Assembly: GCA_027620655.1 (NCBI GenBank)
Contig: JAQCDS010000003.1
Location: 10,449-74,448, forward strand
Reading direction: 5' to 3'
DNA from: Bacteroidota bacterium
Lineage (GTDB): Bacteria; Bacteroidota; Bacteroidia; Flavobacteriales; Flavobacteriaceae
Length of the DNA: 64,000 nt
Shown here: positions 19,874 to 29,483 of the stretch, piece after piece
Position numbering within the stretch: the first letter of the stretch is position 1
How the letters are laid out: every line of letters begins with the position of its first letter
Position numbers and translations under genes: made by a program
Notes under the pieces: generated by a model
The model's database searches: none
What the model saw: the letters and a program-made list of their open reading frames with translations, nothing else
Told to the model about the DNA's origin: nothing

Positions 19874-22267
19874 ATGTTTAAAGTATTAACTTCAGGTTTT
19901 TGGGAAGCTGTTGCAAGACTCATTTTACGCAACAGAATAATTATACTTATTCTAATTGGGCTTGGTACTGGTCTTATGATCTCTCAATGGGGTAAAATGC
20001 GCTTTACATATACAGAGGCTAACTTGCTCCCCGATCGTCATCCCATAAACCTTGAATACAATACGTTTTTAGATGTTTTTGGTGAAGAAGGAAATGTAAT
20101 TGTTTTGGGAGTAAAAGACAGTACATTGCTTTCAGTAGAAAAACTCAATGCTTGGAATACGTTTTGCAAATCTTTTCAAAATAACAATAACATTGAAGCC
20201 ATTATTACTCTTCAAGATTTAAGAAAACTAACAAAAAATCAAAAAGACAAACAGTTTGACTTTGAACCTGTTATAAATGATTCTATACGGTCCAATGATG
20301 AACTAGAACAACTAAAAAAAACACTGTTTTCGGATTTCCCTTTTTATGATGAAATCCTATATAACAAAGATTCAAAAGCCATACGTTCTATTGTTTACTT
20401 AAAAAAATCTATTGTCAATACTTCCGTAAGAAAGGACTTTATTATGAAAGAATTGATTCCAAAAATTGAAGCTTTTGAAAAAGAGACAGCCCTAAATGTA
20501 CGAGCCTCTGGGATGCCTTATGTTCGAACACTTAATTCTCAAAACATTATTGATGAAATAGAGATTTTTATATTAGCCGCTATACTTATTACTTCTCTTA
20601 TATTCTATCTGTTTTTCCGTTCATACCGTGCAACATTTATTTCTATGTGTGTTGTTGTAATTGGAGTAATGTGGACCTTTGGAATTTTAGGGTTTCTGGA
20701 ATATGAAATTACGGTATTAACGGCGCTTATACCACCGCTCATAATTGTTATTGGTGTTCCTAATTGTATTTTCCTCATCAATAAATACCAACACGAAGTG
20801 AATAAGCATGGTAATAAAGCCAAGTCGCTTCAACGAGTTATAACAAAAGTTGGAAATGCAACTCTAATGACCAATACAACAACCGCCTCTGGTTTTGCTA
20901 CATTTGTCATTACTCAAAGTAAACTTCTAACAGAATTTGGAACAGTGGCCTCATTGAGTATTATGGCAATTTTTATTCTTTGTTTACTTATAATTCCTAT
21001 CATTTACAGCTATATGCCCATGCCCAAAGAAAAACATTTGGAGCATCTCAATAAGCGTTGGATCAATAAGTTAGGAGATTGGATAGAACATACTGTAAAA
21101 CATAAAAACATTACAATTTATTCCATTTCACTTGTTTTATTAGTTGCAAGTATTATTGGAATCTATCAAATAAAAACTTCTGGAAGTCTGCTAGAAGACA
21201 TGCCAAAAAGTGCAGAGTTTTTTAAAGATATTGAATTTTATGAAAAAGAATTCAATGGAGTAATGCCTTTAGAAATTCTTATTGATACAAAGCGTAAAAA
21301 AGGCGTTTTAAAAAGATCTACCTTGAAACGAATGGATGAACTAGAAAATCTCATTCTAGAAATTCCTGAACTCTCCAAACCAGTTTCCGTAGTAAGTCTT
21401 GTAAAATATGCGAAGCAAGCCTATTACAATGGAAATCCAAAATACTATCAGTTGCCAACAGCTCAAGAAAATGCGTTTATTTTATCATATGCAAAAAACA
21501 CGACAAACGATGTGAGTTTGCTAAAAAGCTATGTAGATTCTACAGGGCAATATGCACGTATTACAACGTTTATGAAAAATGCAAAAATTGATAAAATGGA
21601 ACGTATAGAGGAAAAGTTAAATGAAAAAATAAACAAGCTTTTCCCCGAAGACCACTACAATGTAAATTTGACTGGAAAAGCATTTTTATTTCAAAAAGGC
21701 ACTAATTTTCTAATTCGAAATTTAATTCTTTCATTAGCCTTGGCCATAGTTCTAATTTCATTGTTTATGGCCTATATGTTTAGATCGTTTAGAATGATTG
21801 TTATCTCTCTAATTCCAAATTTATTACCACTATTGGTTACTGCAGGAGTTATGGGATATTTGGGTGTGCCTATAAAACCTTCCACAATCTTAGTGTTTAG
21901 TATTGCTTTTGGAATTTCTGTAGACGATACCATTCACTTTTTGGCAAAATATAGGCAAGAACTTCTTACCAATCATTGGCGTATAAAAAAATCTATTTTT
22001 GCAGCTCTACGAGAAACTGGAGTCAGTATGTTTTATACTTCAATTGTTTTATTCTTTGGATTCTCTGTATTTATTACTTCCAATTTTGGAGGTACAGTCG
22101 CGCTAGGTGCTCTTATTTCTGGAACTCTTTTACTAGCAATGATGGCCAATCTATTGTTGTTGCCAGTGTTACTTCTATCGCTAGAACGCAGTATTGCTAA
22201 CAAACAAGTTCTTAAAGAGCCTCCACTGAATATCATTCCAGAGATTGAAGATTACGAAGAAGAATAA
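19874..22267 (+). CDS. MMPL/RND-family transporter
   Basis: Two repeats of a TM bundle plus large loop; FGISVDDTIHF motif; TACCTTTG at 19848-55. Confidence 0.88.
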   Translation: MFKVLTSGFWEAVARLILRNRIIILILIGLGTGLMISQWGKMRFTYTEANLLPDRHPINLEYNTFLDVFGEEGNVIVLGVKDSTLLSVEKLNAWNTFCKSFQNNNNIEAIITLQDLRKLTKNQKDKQFDFEPVINDSIRSNDELEQLKKTLFSDFPFYDEILYNKDSKAIRSIVYLKKSIVNTSVRKDFIMKELIPKIEAFEKETALNVRASGMPYVRTLNSQNIIDEIEIFILAAILITSLIFYLFFRSYRATFISMCVVVIGVMWTFGILGFLEYEITVLTALIPPLIIVIGVPNCIFLINKYQHEVNKHGNKAKSLQRVITKVGNATLMTNTTTASGFATFVITQSKLLTEFGTVASLSIMAIFILCLLIIPIIYSYMPMPKEKHLEHLNKRWINKLGDWIEHTVKHKNITIYSISLVLLVASIIGIYQIKTSGSLLEDMPKSAEFFKDIEFYEKEFNGVMPLEILIDTKRKKGVLKRSTLKRMDELENLILEIPELSKPVSVVSLVKYAKQAYYNGNPKYYQLPTAQENAFILSYAKNTTNDVSLLKSYVDSTGQYARITTFMKNAKIDKMERIEEKLNEKINKLFPEDHYNVNLTGKAFLFQKGTNFLIRNLILSLALAIVLISLFMAYMFRSFRMIVISLIPNLLPLLVTAGVMGYLGVPIKPSTILVFSIAFGISVDDTIHFLAKYRQELLTNHWRIKKSIFAALRETGVSMFYTSIVLFFGFSVFITSNFGGTVALGALISGTLLLAMMANLLLLPVLLLSLERSIANKQVLKEPPLNIIPEIEDYEEE

Positions 22268-22322
22268 ATATCCTTATTCTTTGTTTCTAAAGTTTTATAT
22301 TTGTGGCTAATTTTAGTTAAAC

Positions 22323-23765
22323 ATGATTACGAGCACAGTAGCAGAGCTTTTTACACAAGAAATTAAACACATAGATGTTGAGATTAAAGGATGGGTTAAA
22401 TCTTTTAGAGCAAATCGATTTATAGCCTTAAATGATGGGTCAACACTTCGAAACATTCAGTGCGTTGTGGATTTTGAATCTATGGAAGAAGCACTACTAA
22501 AGCGAATCACAACTGGGGCCGCAGTTCATATAAAAGGAAGTCTTGTTGAAAGTCAGGGGAAAGGGCAAGATGTTGAAATTCAAGTTTCTAGTATAGAAAT
22601 ATTAGGTGATGCAGATCCTGAATTGGTGTCAAAAACAATTTTACAACCAAAACGCCACTCATTAGAATTCTTGCGAGAGCAAGCTCACCTTCGAGCACGA
22701 ACCAACACCTTTGGTGCTGTAATGCGATTGAGATCGGCGCTCTCATTTGCTGTTCATGATTATTTTCATAAAAATGGATTCAACTATATGCATGCCCCCA
22801 TCATCACTGGAAGTGATGCAGAGGGTGCTGGTGAGATGTTTCGAGTCACCACTTTAGATCCAAAAAACCCACCACTTACAGACTCCGGTGAAATCGATTA
22901 TACAAAAGACTTCTTTGGAAAAGAAACTAACCTTACCGTTTCTGGACAGTTAGAAGCCGAAACCTATGCCATGGCACTTGGTAAAGTCTATACTTTTGGT
23001 CCAACATTTAGAGCCGAAAATTCTAATACTTCAAGACACCTCGCAGAATTTTGGATGATAGAACCTGAAGTTGCTTTTATGGATTTAGAAGGAAATATGG
23101 ATCTTGCAGAAGATTTTCTAAAATATGTTATTGGATATGTGCTAAAAAATAATGTAGAGGATCTTGCTTTTCTTGAACAACGTTTGGAACAAGAAGAACA
23201 ATCAAAACCTCAAAATGAACGCAGCACTATGCGTCTGACCGAAAAATTAAACTTTGTTTTGGACAATAACTTTAAGCGTGTAAGTTATTCTGAAGCAATT
23301 GATATTTTAAGAAATAGCAACCCCAACAAAAAGAAAAAATTCAAATACCCAATCAATGAGTGGGGAGCAGATTTACAAAGTGAACATGAACGCTTTTTAG
23401 TTGAAAAACATTTCAAATGCCCTGTTATTTTATTTGACTATCCTGCCAATATTAAAGCATTTTATATGCGTTTGAATGAAGATGGAAAAACAGTTCGTGC
23501 TATGGATATTTTATTCCCTGGAATTGGAGAAATTGTAGGCGGATCGCAAAGAGAAGAGCGCCTAGAAATTCTTAAAGAAAAAATGGCGGTACTTAATATT
23601 CCAGAAGAAGAACTTTGGTGGTATTTAGATCTTAGAACCTATGGTACAGCAGTGCATTCTGGGTTTGGTCTTGGTTTTGAAAGATTGGTCATGTTTGCTA
23701 CCGGGATGAGTAATATTAGAGATGTAATTCCTTACCCAAGAACCCCGCAAAATGCAGAATTTTAA
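22323..23765 (+). CDS. asnS: Asparagine--tRNA ligase
   Basis: LTVSGQLEAE, FRAENSNTSRHLAEFWMIEPE, GFGLGFERL. Confidence 0.97.
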   Translation: MITSTVAELFTQEIKHIDVEIKGWVKSFRANRFIALNDGSTLRNIQCVVDFESMEEALLKRITTGAAVHIKGSLVESQGKGQDVEIQVSSIEILGDADPELVSKTILQPKRHSLEFLREQAHLRARTNTFGAVMRLRSALSFAVHDYFHKNGFNYMHAPIITGSDAEGAGEMFRVTTLDPKNPPLTDSGEIDYTKDFFGKETNLTVSGQLEAETYAMALGKVYTFGPTFRAENSNTSRHLAEFWMIEPEVAFMDLEGNMDLAEDFLKYVIGYVLKNNVEDLAFLEQRLEQEEQSKPQNERSTMRLTEKLNFVLDNNFKRVSYSEAIDILRNSNPNKKKKFKYPINEWGADLQSEHERFLVEKHFKCPVILFDYPANIKAFYMRLNEDGKTVRAMDILFPGIGEIVGGSQREERLEILKEKMAVLNIPEEELWWYLDLRTYGTAVHSGFGLGFERLVMFATGMSNIRDVIPYPRTPQNAEF

Positions 23766-23857
23766 GTACTAAACAAGCTAAAAAGAGAGAATTAATTAAA
23801 ATTAGAGTTCTGTATTCTCATTTGTTTTTTTTAATTTTATATAAACCCAAATAAGCA

Positions 23858-25312
23858 ATGCTAAAGCAGTACTTACAATTTAAACTTTCACAAAAACTGT
23901 CTCCACAACAGATTCAGTTGATGAAACTCATTCAGTTACCTACACAAGCTTTTGAACAACGACTCAAGCAAGAGCTTGAAGAAAATCCTGCTTTGGAACG
24001 TGGCAAAGAGAATGCCACAGAAGATTTTGATGATACATACTCTGATCAAGATTTTGGGGATAATGAACAAATAAATGCTGACGATATTAATGTCGATGAA
24101 TACCTCAGCGATGATGAAATTCCATCGTATCGACTACACGCCAATAATTACAGTGCAGATGATGAGTCGAAAACAATTCCTTATGCCGCTGGAACATCAT
24201 TTACACAACAACTAACAGATCAGCTTAATACATTTCGATTAAATGATAACGATTATCAAATTGCTAAATTTCTTATTGGCAGTATAGACGATAGCGGCTA
24301 CATTCGAAGACCACTGCTAGATTTGATGGATGATTTAGCATTTACCCAAAATATTTATACTGATATTGAAACCATTGAAAACGTTCTCAATGTTGTACAA
24401 CAACTTGATCCTCCAGGTGTTGGAGCAAGAGACTTACAAGAATGTTTACTGATTCAATTGCAAAGAAAAGTACAAACCCCAAACACAGAGCTTGCTGCAG
24501 CAATGATTGAAAATGCTTTTGAACAATTCACAAAAAAACACTATCAAAAGCTACTCAAAAAATTTAGCATCACTGAAATTCAACTAAAAGATGCTATCAT
24601 AGAGATTGAACGACTGAACCCAAAACCTGGAAGTTCTTTTTCTAATAATTTACGCTCAATTGAGCATGTTGTTCCTGATTTTACCATTAAAATTGTTGAC
24701 GGCGAATTAGAGCTTTCGCTCAATGGGCGAAATGCACCAGAATTGCATGTTTCAAAATCTTACAATGAAATGTTGCTTGGATATAAAGCTTCAAAAGAAA
24801 AATCTAAAGCCCAAAAAGAGGCGGTACTATTCATCAAGCAAAAACTTGATGCTGCTAAATGGTTTATTGATGCCATCCGACAACGTCAGCAAACGCTACT
24901 TCTTACGATGAGCGCCATAATGCATTACCAAAAAGATTATTTTTTGTCTGGTGACGAAGAGCAACTTCGCCCCATGATTCTTAAAGATATTGCCGATGAA
25001 GTTGATATGGATGTCTCTACAATCTCTAGAGTAGCTAATAGCAAATATGTAGACACTCCATATGGAACTAAACTCATCAAAGAATTCTTTAGCGAATCGA
25101 TGACCAATGACCAAGGCGAAGAGGTGTCAACACGAGAAATTAAAAGTATTTTGAAAACTGTAATTTCTGAAGAAGACAAGAAAAAACCTTTGACTGACGA
25201 AAAACTTGCCAAAATTCTTAAAGAAAAAGGCTACCCTATTGCACGGCGTACAGTCGCAAAATATAGAGAGCAATTAGATCTTCCTGTAGCAAGATTACGT
25301 AAAGAAATTTAA
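23858..25312 (+). CDS. rpoN: RNA polymerase sigma-54 factor
   Basis: Q/L-rich region I; RpoN box ARRTVAKYRE. Confidence 0.97.
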   Translation: MLKQYLQFKLSQKLSPQQIQLMKLIQLPTQAFEQRLKQELEENPALERGKENATEDFDDTYSDQDFGDNEQINADDINVDEYLSDDEIPSYRLHANNYSADDESKTIPYAAGTSFTQQLTDQLNTFRLNDNDYQIAKFLIGSIDDSGYIRRPLLDLMDDLAFTQNIYTDIETIENVLNVVQQLDPPGVGARDLQECLLIQLQRKVQTPNTELAAAMIENAFEQFTKKHYQKLLKKFSITEIQLKDAIIEIERLNPKPGSSFSNNLRSIEHVVPDFTIKIVDGELELSLNGRNAPELHVSKSYNEMLLGYKASKEKSKAQKEAVLFIKQKLDAAKWFIDAIRQRQQTLLLTMSAIMHYQKDYFLSGDEEQLRPMILKDIADEVDMDVSTISRVANSKYVDTPYGTKLIKEFFSESMTNDQGEEVSTREIKSILKTVISEEDKKKPLTDEKLAKILKEKGYPIARRTVAKYREQLDLPVARLRKEI

Positions 25313-25313
25313 A

Positions 25314-25757
25314 CTATACTTTCTTAATTACATTTGTAACAATCCCCCAAATGACAAAGTCATTTTCTGGAGTAATTTGTATGGGTTTATAATTTTTGTT
25401 TTCTGGTTGTAACCAAACTTCTCCTTTTTCAACCCTTAATCGTTTTACTGTAAATTCTCCATCTAAAAAACAAACTGCAATCCTATTGTGCTCTGGCGTA
25501 AGACTTCTGTCAATTACTAACAAATCATTATCATTAAGTCCAGCATCTATCATCGATTGGCCACTTACTCGTGCAAAAAAAGTGGCTTCTTTGTTTTTGA
25601 TAAGCTCAGAATCTAACGACAACCGATCTTGCTTAAAATCATCGGCAGGAGAAGGAAACCCAGCAGAAATTCCTGTATCAAAATAAATAGCGCCTAAATT
25701 GTTTTCTGGTGGGGTTGGAATAAAAAAAGTTAAAGCTTTATTGGTTTTTTTTGACAT
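25314..25757 (-). CDS. umuD: DNA polymerase V autoproteolytic subunit (S24 peptidase)
   Basis: SAGFPSPA cleavage region, RVSGQSM catalytic Ser, FTVKRL catalytic Lys. Confidence 0.92.
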   Translation of the reverse strand: MSKKTNKALTFFIPTPPENNLGAIYFDTGISAGFPSPADDFKQDRLSLDSELIKNKEATFFARVSGQSMIDAGLNDNDLLVIDRSLTPEHNRIAVCFLDGEFTVKRLRVEKGEVWLQPENKNYKPIQITPENDFVIWGIVTNVIKKV

Positions 25758-27010
25758 TGAACTGTAATTACATCTTTTAAATTGGTGGTGTACTGTGGAG
25801 ATAAATGTTCTTGACGCATTTTCCAGGTACGTGTTAAATCTTGGTTGGCTAATTTGAGTTTTGGAGCTTGGTATTTTTTATTAATATGATCAATGGTACG
25901 CATCAAAGGCTTGTGACGTACATCTTCGTGATCAAACATTTGTAATTGATGGTTGTGTGTGGGAACAATTCCTGTAAGAATCACTCCAGCTTTTTTGTAA
26001 TGAATTCCTTTTTTATAAAGAGCACTAATCGCTTTAACAGCACTTGAACTGAGAATTAAACTTGAATCTGTAGGAAAAGGAATACTCACTATTTTACTTG
26101 CTCGATATTGCTCACTATTCGTTTTAAATCGATCGCTACGTAAAAAAACAATCATCATATGACAACTTGAATTTTGACGGCGTAATTTTTCGGCACAACT
26201 CATAGCAAAAGTTGATATGCGTTCCTTCAAATCGGTAAGCTCTGTAAGTGTTGTTTCAAAACTTCTGGTGGTTGCAATAGCGCGCTTATTTTTGACTTGC
26301 TCCATGTCTATTTTCGAAATTCCTTCTAAATCTTTCTTTAGCTTCCACTCAGTAATAGAAAATGTTTTGCGAACCCAAAGGTCCGGAAGTTGCACAAAGT
26401 CAAAGGCGGTTTTACATTGTTTTTGTGCCAAACGTTTATTTAGTGCATATCCAATACCCCATACTTTGTCAATGGAAGTCCATTTTAGAGCCTTTATACG
26501 CTTCTCTTCGCTGTCAATAACATAAACCCCTCCTGTTTCTTTAGGAAATTTTCGAGCTATTTTGTTAGCAATTTTACAAAGTGCTTTTGTGGGGGCAATT
26601 CCCACACAAGTTGGAATTCCAGTCCATTTCAGAATGCGATTACGAATGTCGTGGCCATAAGTGTTTAAGTCATAATTTTCGAATCCTTTAAATTGTAAAA
26701 AAGCTTCATCAATACTATACACCTCAACATCGGGAGTAAACTGCTCCAAAATACGCATCACACGACTACTCATATCACCATAAAGGGGATAATTTGATGA
26801 AAAAACTTGCACATCATGTACATTGAAAAACGCTTTGTACTTAAATGCAGGAGCCCCCATAGGTAATCCAAGCGCTTTAACTTCATCACTTCGTGCAACG
26901 ACACAGCCATCGTTATTGGATAAAATAGCAACAGGTTTACCCTGTAAATTAGGATTAAAAACGCGCTCACAAGACGCATAAAAATTATTACAATCAACCA
27001 ATGCAAACAT
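25730..27010 (-). CDS. umuC: Y-family DNA polymerase V catalytic subunit
   Basis: ALVDCNNFYASCE, SNNDGC, YSIDEAF; C-terminal WKMRQEHLSPQYTT. Confidence 0.95.
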   Translation of the reverse strand: MFALVDCNNFYASCERVFNPNLQGKPVAILSNNDGCVVARSDEVKALGLPMGAPAFKYKAFFNVHDVQVFSSNYPLYGDMSSRVMRILEQFTPDVEVYSIDEAFLQFKGFENYDLNTYGHDIRNRILKWTGIPTCVGIAPTKALCKIANKIARKFPKETGGVYVIDSEEKRIKALKWTSIDKVWGIGYALNKRLAQKQCKTAFDFVQLPDLWVRKTFSITEWKLKKDLEGISKIDMEQVKNKRAIATTRSFETTLTELTDLKERISTFAMSCAEKLRRQNSSCHMMIVFLRSDRFKTNSEQYRASKIVSIPFPTDSSLILSSSAVKAISALYKKGIHYKKAGVILTGIVPTHNHQLQMFDHEDVRHKPLMRTIDHINKKYQAPKLKLANQDLTRTWKMRQEHLSPQYTTNLKDVITVQCQKKPIKL

Positions 27011-27185
27011 GTCCTAAAGGTACCGTATTTCTGTTCTTTTTTAAAATATAAATTGTAATTTATTTTAATTTACAGTGGCAATTTAAACAAAACATTTAGC
27101 ATTATTTATTGAGTAATTGCTAGCTTGGTTTGTGGATTTATATACCTTTGTCTCTTATTTTAAAACCTACAAAAAATAAATTAAA

Positions 27186-28994
27186 ATGAAAAAGGCATTT
27201 AGAACATTAGCCCTTATTGCAGTTTTTACAGCGCAATACAGTATTGCACAACAGATACAATCATTGGATTCAATTACTATTGAATCGGCAAGAATAGACT
27301 TGCCTTTTAAGGAAAACTCACGAACAATTAGTGTAATTAGTGCAGATGTTATCGCACAAAGCCCTGCTACAAATTTGGCAGAACTATTGCAACAAGAAGC
27401 AGGTATTGACATTCGCCGTCAAGGAGTGAATGGTATGCAATCCGACTTGTATATTCGTGGTGGAAGTTTTGATCAAACGCTTTTGCTTATTGATGGCATA
27501 AAAGTTGAAGATCCACAAACAGGGCATCATACGTTGAATATTGCATTGCCTTTAGAGGTCATTAAACGCATTGAAATTATTAAAGGCCCTGCAGCACGGA
27601 TTTTTGGACAAAATGCATTTACAGGCGCAATAAATATTGTAACCAAATCTAACGGTAATCTAAAAAATAATGTTGGATTTCAATTAGGGTCATACAATCA
27701 ACATCACTCATCGGCTACGGTAGGAAAAAGCTTAGGAAATACAAATCTTATGGGACATGCTTCAGTTAATAGTTCTGATGGATATCGTTATAATACAGAT
27801 TTCAATAATCAAAATTACTTTCTAAAAAGTAGTTTTAATACGAATACAAACCCTATTGATGTTATTGCAACATTTTCGGAGCGCAAATTTGGAGGGAATC
27901 AATTTTATGCCATAGATGCTAAAGAACAGTACGAAGAAACTCAGAGTAGTTTAGTAGGAATTTCAACAACATGGAATCGTGATCGCTTAAAAATAACCCC
28001 GCAACTTTACTGGAAACGCAATCAGGACATGTATTTATACATTAGAAATAATCCTTCTGTTTATAGAAACTTACATATTTCTAATAAAGTAGGAGCTCAA
28101 ATAAATGCTTCATACGCTTCAAAAATAGGGGTTACTGGTTTTGGTGTAGATGTAGCAAAAGTTGATATGAACAGTAATCGTTTGGGTGATAGAAATCGCT
28201 GGATGGGGAATCTCTTTTTAGAGCATCGTTTCTCTTTTTTGAACAATAAATTAGATATTACACCTGGTGTAGCTATCAACTACTTTTCAGAGTTTGACTT
28301 TAATGCTTTTCCAGGGATTGATTTAGGATATACGATTAACGATAACTTTAGGGTTTATGCCAACGCAGGATACACCTATCGTGTGCCAACTTATAACGAT
28401 CTTTATTATGTTGGCAGCAAGGATATTGGAAATGAAAATTTGGTGCCTGAAAAAGCCATTTCTGAAGAAATTGGTTTAAAATACTTTGGTGAAAAAATCA
28501 CTGCTGCAATAGCATTCTTCAATAGAGATTCTGACAACCTAATTGACTATACAAAAGATAACGAAGAGGACAAATGGCAATCTAATAATCTTAAAAGTTT
28601 AAATTCCAATGGAATTGAATTGCAGTTTTCATCGCCATTTAAAATAGCACAATACACGCAAAATTTCAACTTTGGATACACCTATCTAAATGAAGATTTA
28701 AAAGCTGTAAGGTCTAATTTTTCAAAATATATCATTAATTCTCTAAAGCATCATTTTACGGCGAATTTAAGAACGCAGTTTACAAAAAACTTGTCGCAGA
28801 GTATTGTTTATAAATTTGCCGAAAGAGCAACAGGCGAAAGCTATGGTGTAGTTGATGCGCAAATAAAACTAACACTTTCTGGTCTTGAACTTAGTGTTAG
28901 TGGGAATAATATTTTTAACGCATCTTACGTTGAAACTGGGATTGTCCCTATGCCAAAAGGGAATGTTTTATTTGGGCTTCGTACCTTTTTCTAA
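27186..28994 (+). CDS. TonB-dependent receptor (substrate unknown)
   Basis: Plug motifs IRGGSFDQTLLLIDG and RIEIIKGP; C-terminal Phe; TACCTTTG at 27143-50. Confidence 0.9.
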   Translation: MKKAFRTLALIAVFTAQYSIAQQIQSLDSITIESARIDLPFKENSRTISVISADVIAQSPATNLAELLQQEAGIDIRRQGVNGMQSDLYIRGGSFDQTLLLIDGIKVEDPQTGHHTLNIALPLEVIKRIEIIKGPAARIFGQNAFTGAINIVTKSNGNLKNNVGFQLGSYNQHHSSATVGKSLGNTNLMGHASVNSSDGYRYNTDFNNQNYFLKSSFNTNTNPIDVIATFSERKFGGNQFYAIDAKEQYEETQSSLVGISTTWNRDRLKITPQLYWKRNQDMYLYIRNNPSVYRNLHISNKVGAQINASYASKIGVTGFGVDVAKVDMNSNRLGDRNRWMGNLFLEHRFSFLNNKLDITPGVAINYFSEFDFNAFPGIDLGYTINDNFRVYANAGYTYRVPTYNDLYYVGSKDIGNENLVPEKAISEEIGLKYFGEKITAAIAFFNRDSDNLIDYTKDNEEDKWQSNNLKSLNSNGIELQFSSPFKIAQYTQNFNFGYTYLNEDLKAVRSNFSKYIINSLKHHFTANLRTQFTKNLSQSIVYKFAERATGESYGVVDAQIKLTLSGLELSVSGNNIFNASYVETGIVPMPKGNVLFGLRTFF

Positions 28995-29006
28995 AAAGAC
29001 GATTAT

Positions 29007-29483
29007 TTAATTAAAAAGCTGGTTGACCTTTTCATATACAAGATGAGATTCCCATCCTCTGTATAAGAGATAGTCTGTCAGTTTTTTCTTTTTCTTTAGT
29101 TTGGAGTTTCCAAAAAGTGAAGTTGCTTTCCTTTCAGCCAAAGCTTCAAAAGTTGCTTTGTAATCATCTTTAGAAATTTGATTTATAGCTTTGTTTATAA
29201 TGTATTTTGAAATTTGACGTTGCTTAAGTTCAGATACTAAACGTCGCTTTCCCCACTTTTTTATTCTAAATTTTCCTCGGACATAGGCCAATGCAAAACG
29301 CTCTTCATTTAAAAAATTTCCTTCTATAAGTTTCAAAATAATTTGTTCTGATGCCTGTGAAATCATTTGCATTTCCTTGAGTTTTTGGGCAACTTCTTTG
29401 TGGCAACGGTCTTGATTGGAACAATACTTTTGAAGTTTTACAAGAGCTTCTTCAATAGTATATGTTTTTTTTGGAGGAAACAT
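29007..29483 (-). CDS. recX: Regulatory protein RecX
   Basis: YCSNQDRC, LNEERFA, WGKRR..ELKQR, YLLYRGW. Confidence 0.9.
   Translation of the reverse strand: MFPPKKTYTIEEALVKLQKYCSNQDRCHKEVAQKLKEMQMISQASEQIILKLIEGNFLNEERFALAYVRGKFRIKKWGKRRLVSELKQRQISKYIINKAINQISKDDYKATFEALAERKATSLFGNSKLKKKKKLTDYLLYRGWESHLVYEKVNQLFN

Noticed and set aside
27011..27185. Riboswitch upstream of the TonB receptor, or SOS box upstream of umuC
   Set aside because: The promoter element is only ~35 nt before the receptor ATG, leaving no room for an aptamer; no convincing LexA-type palindrome
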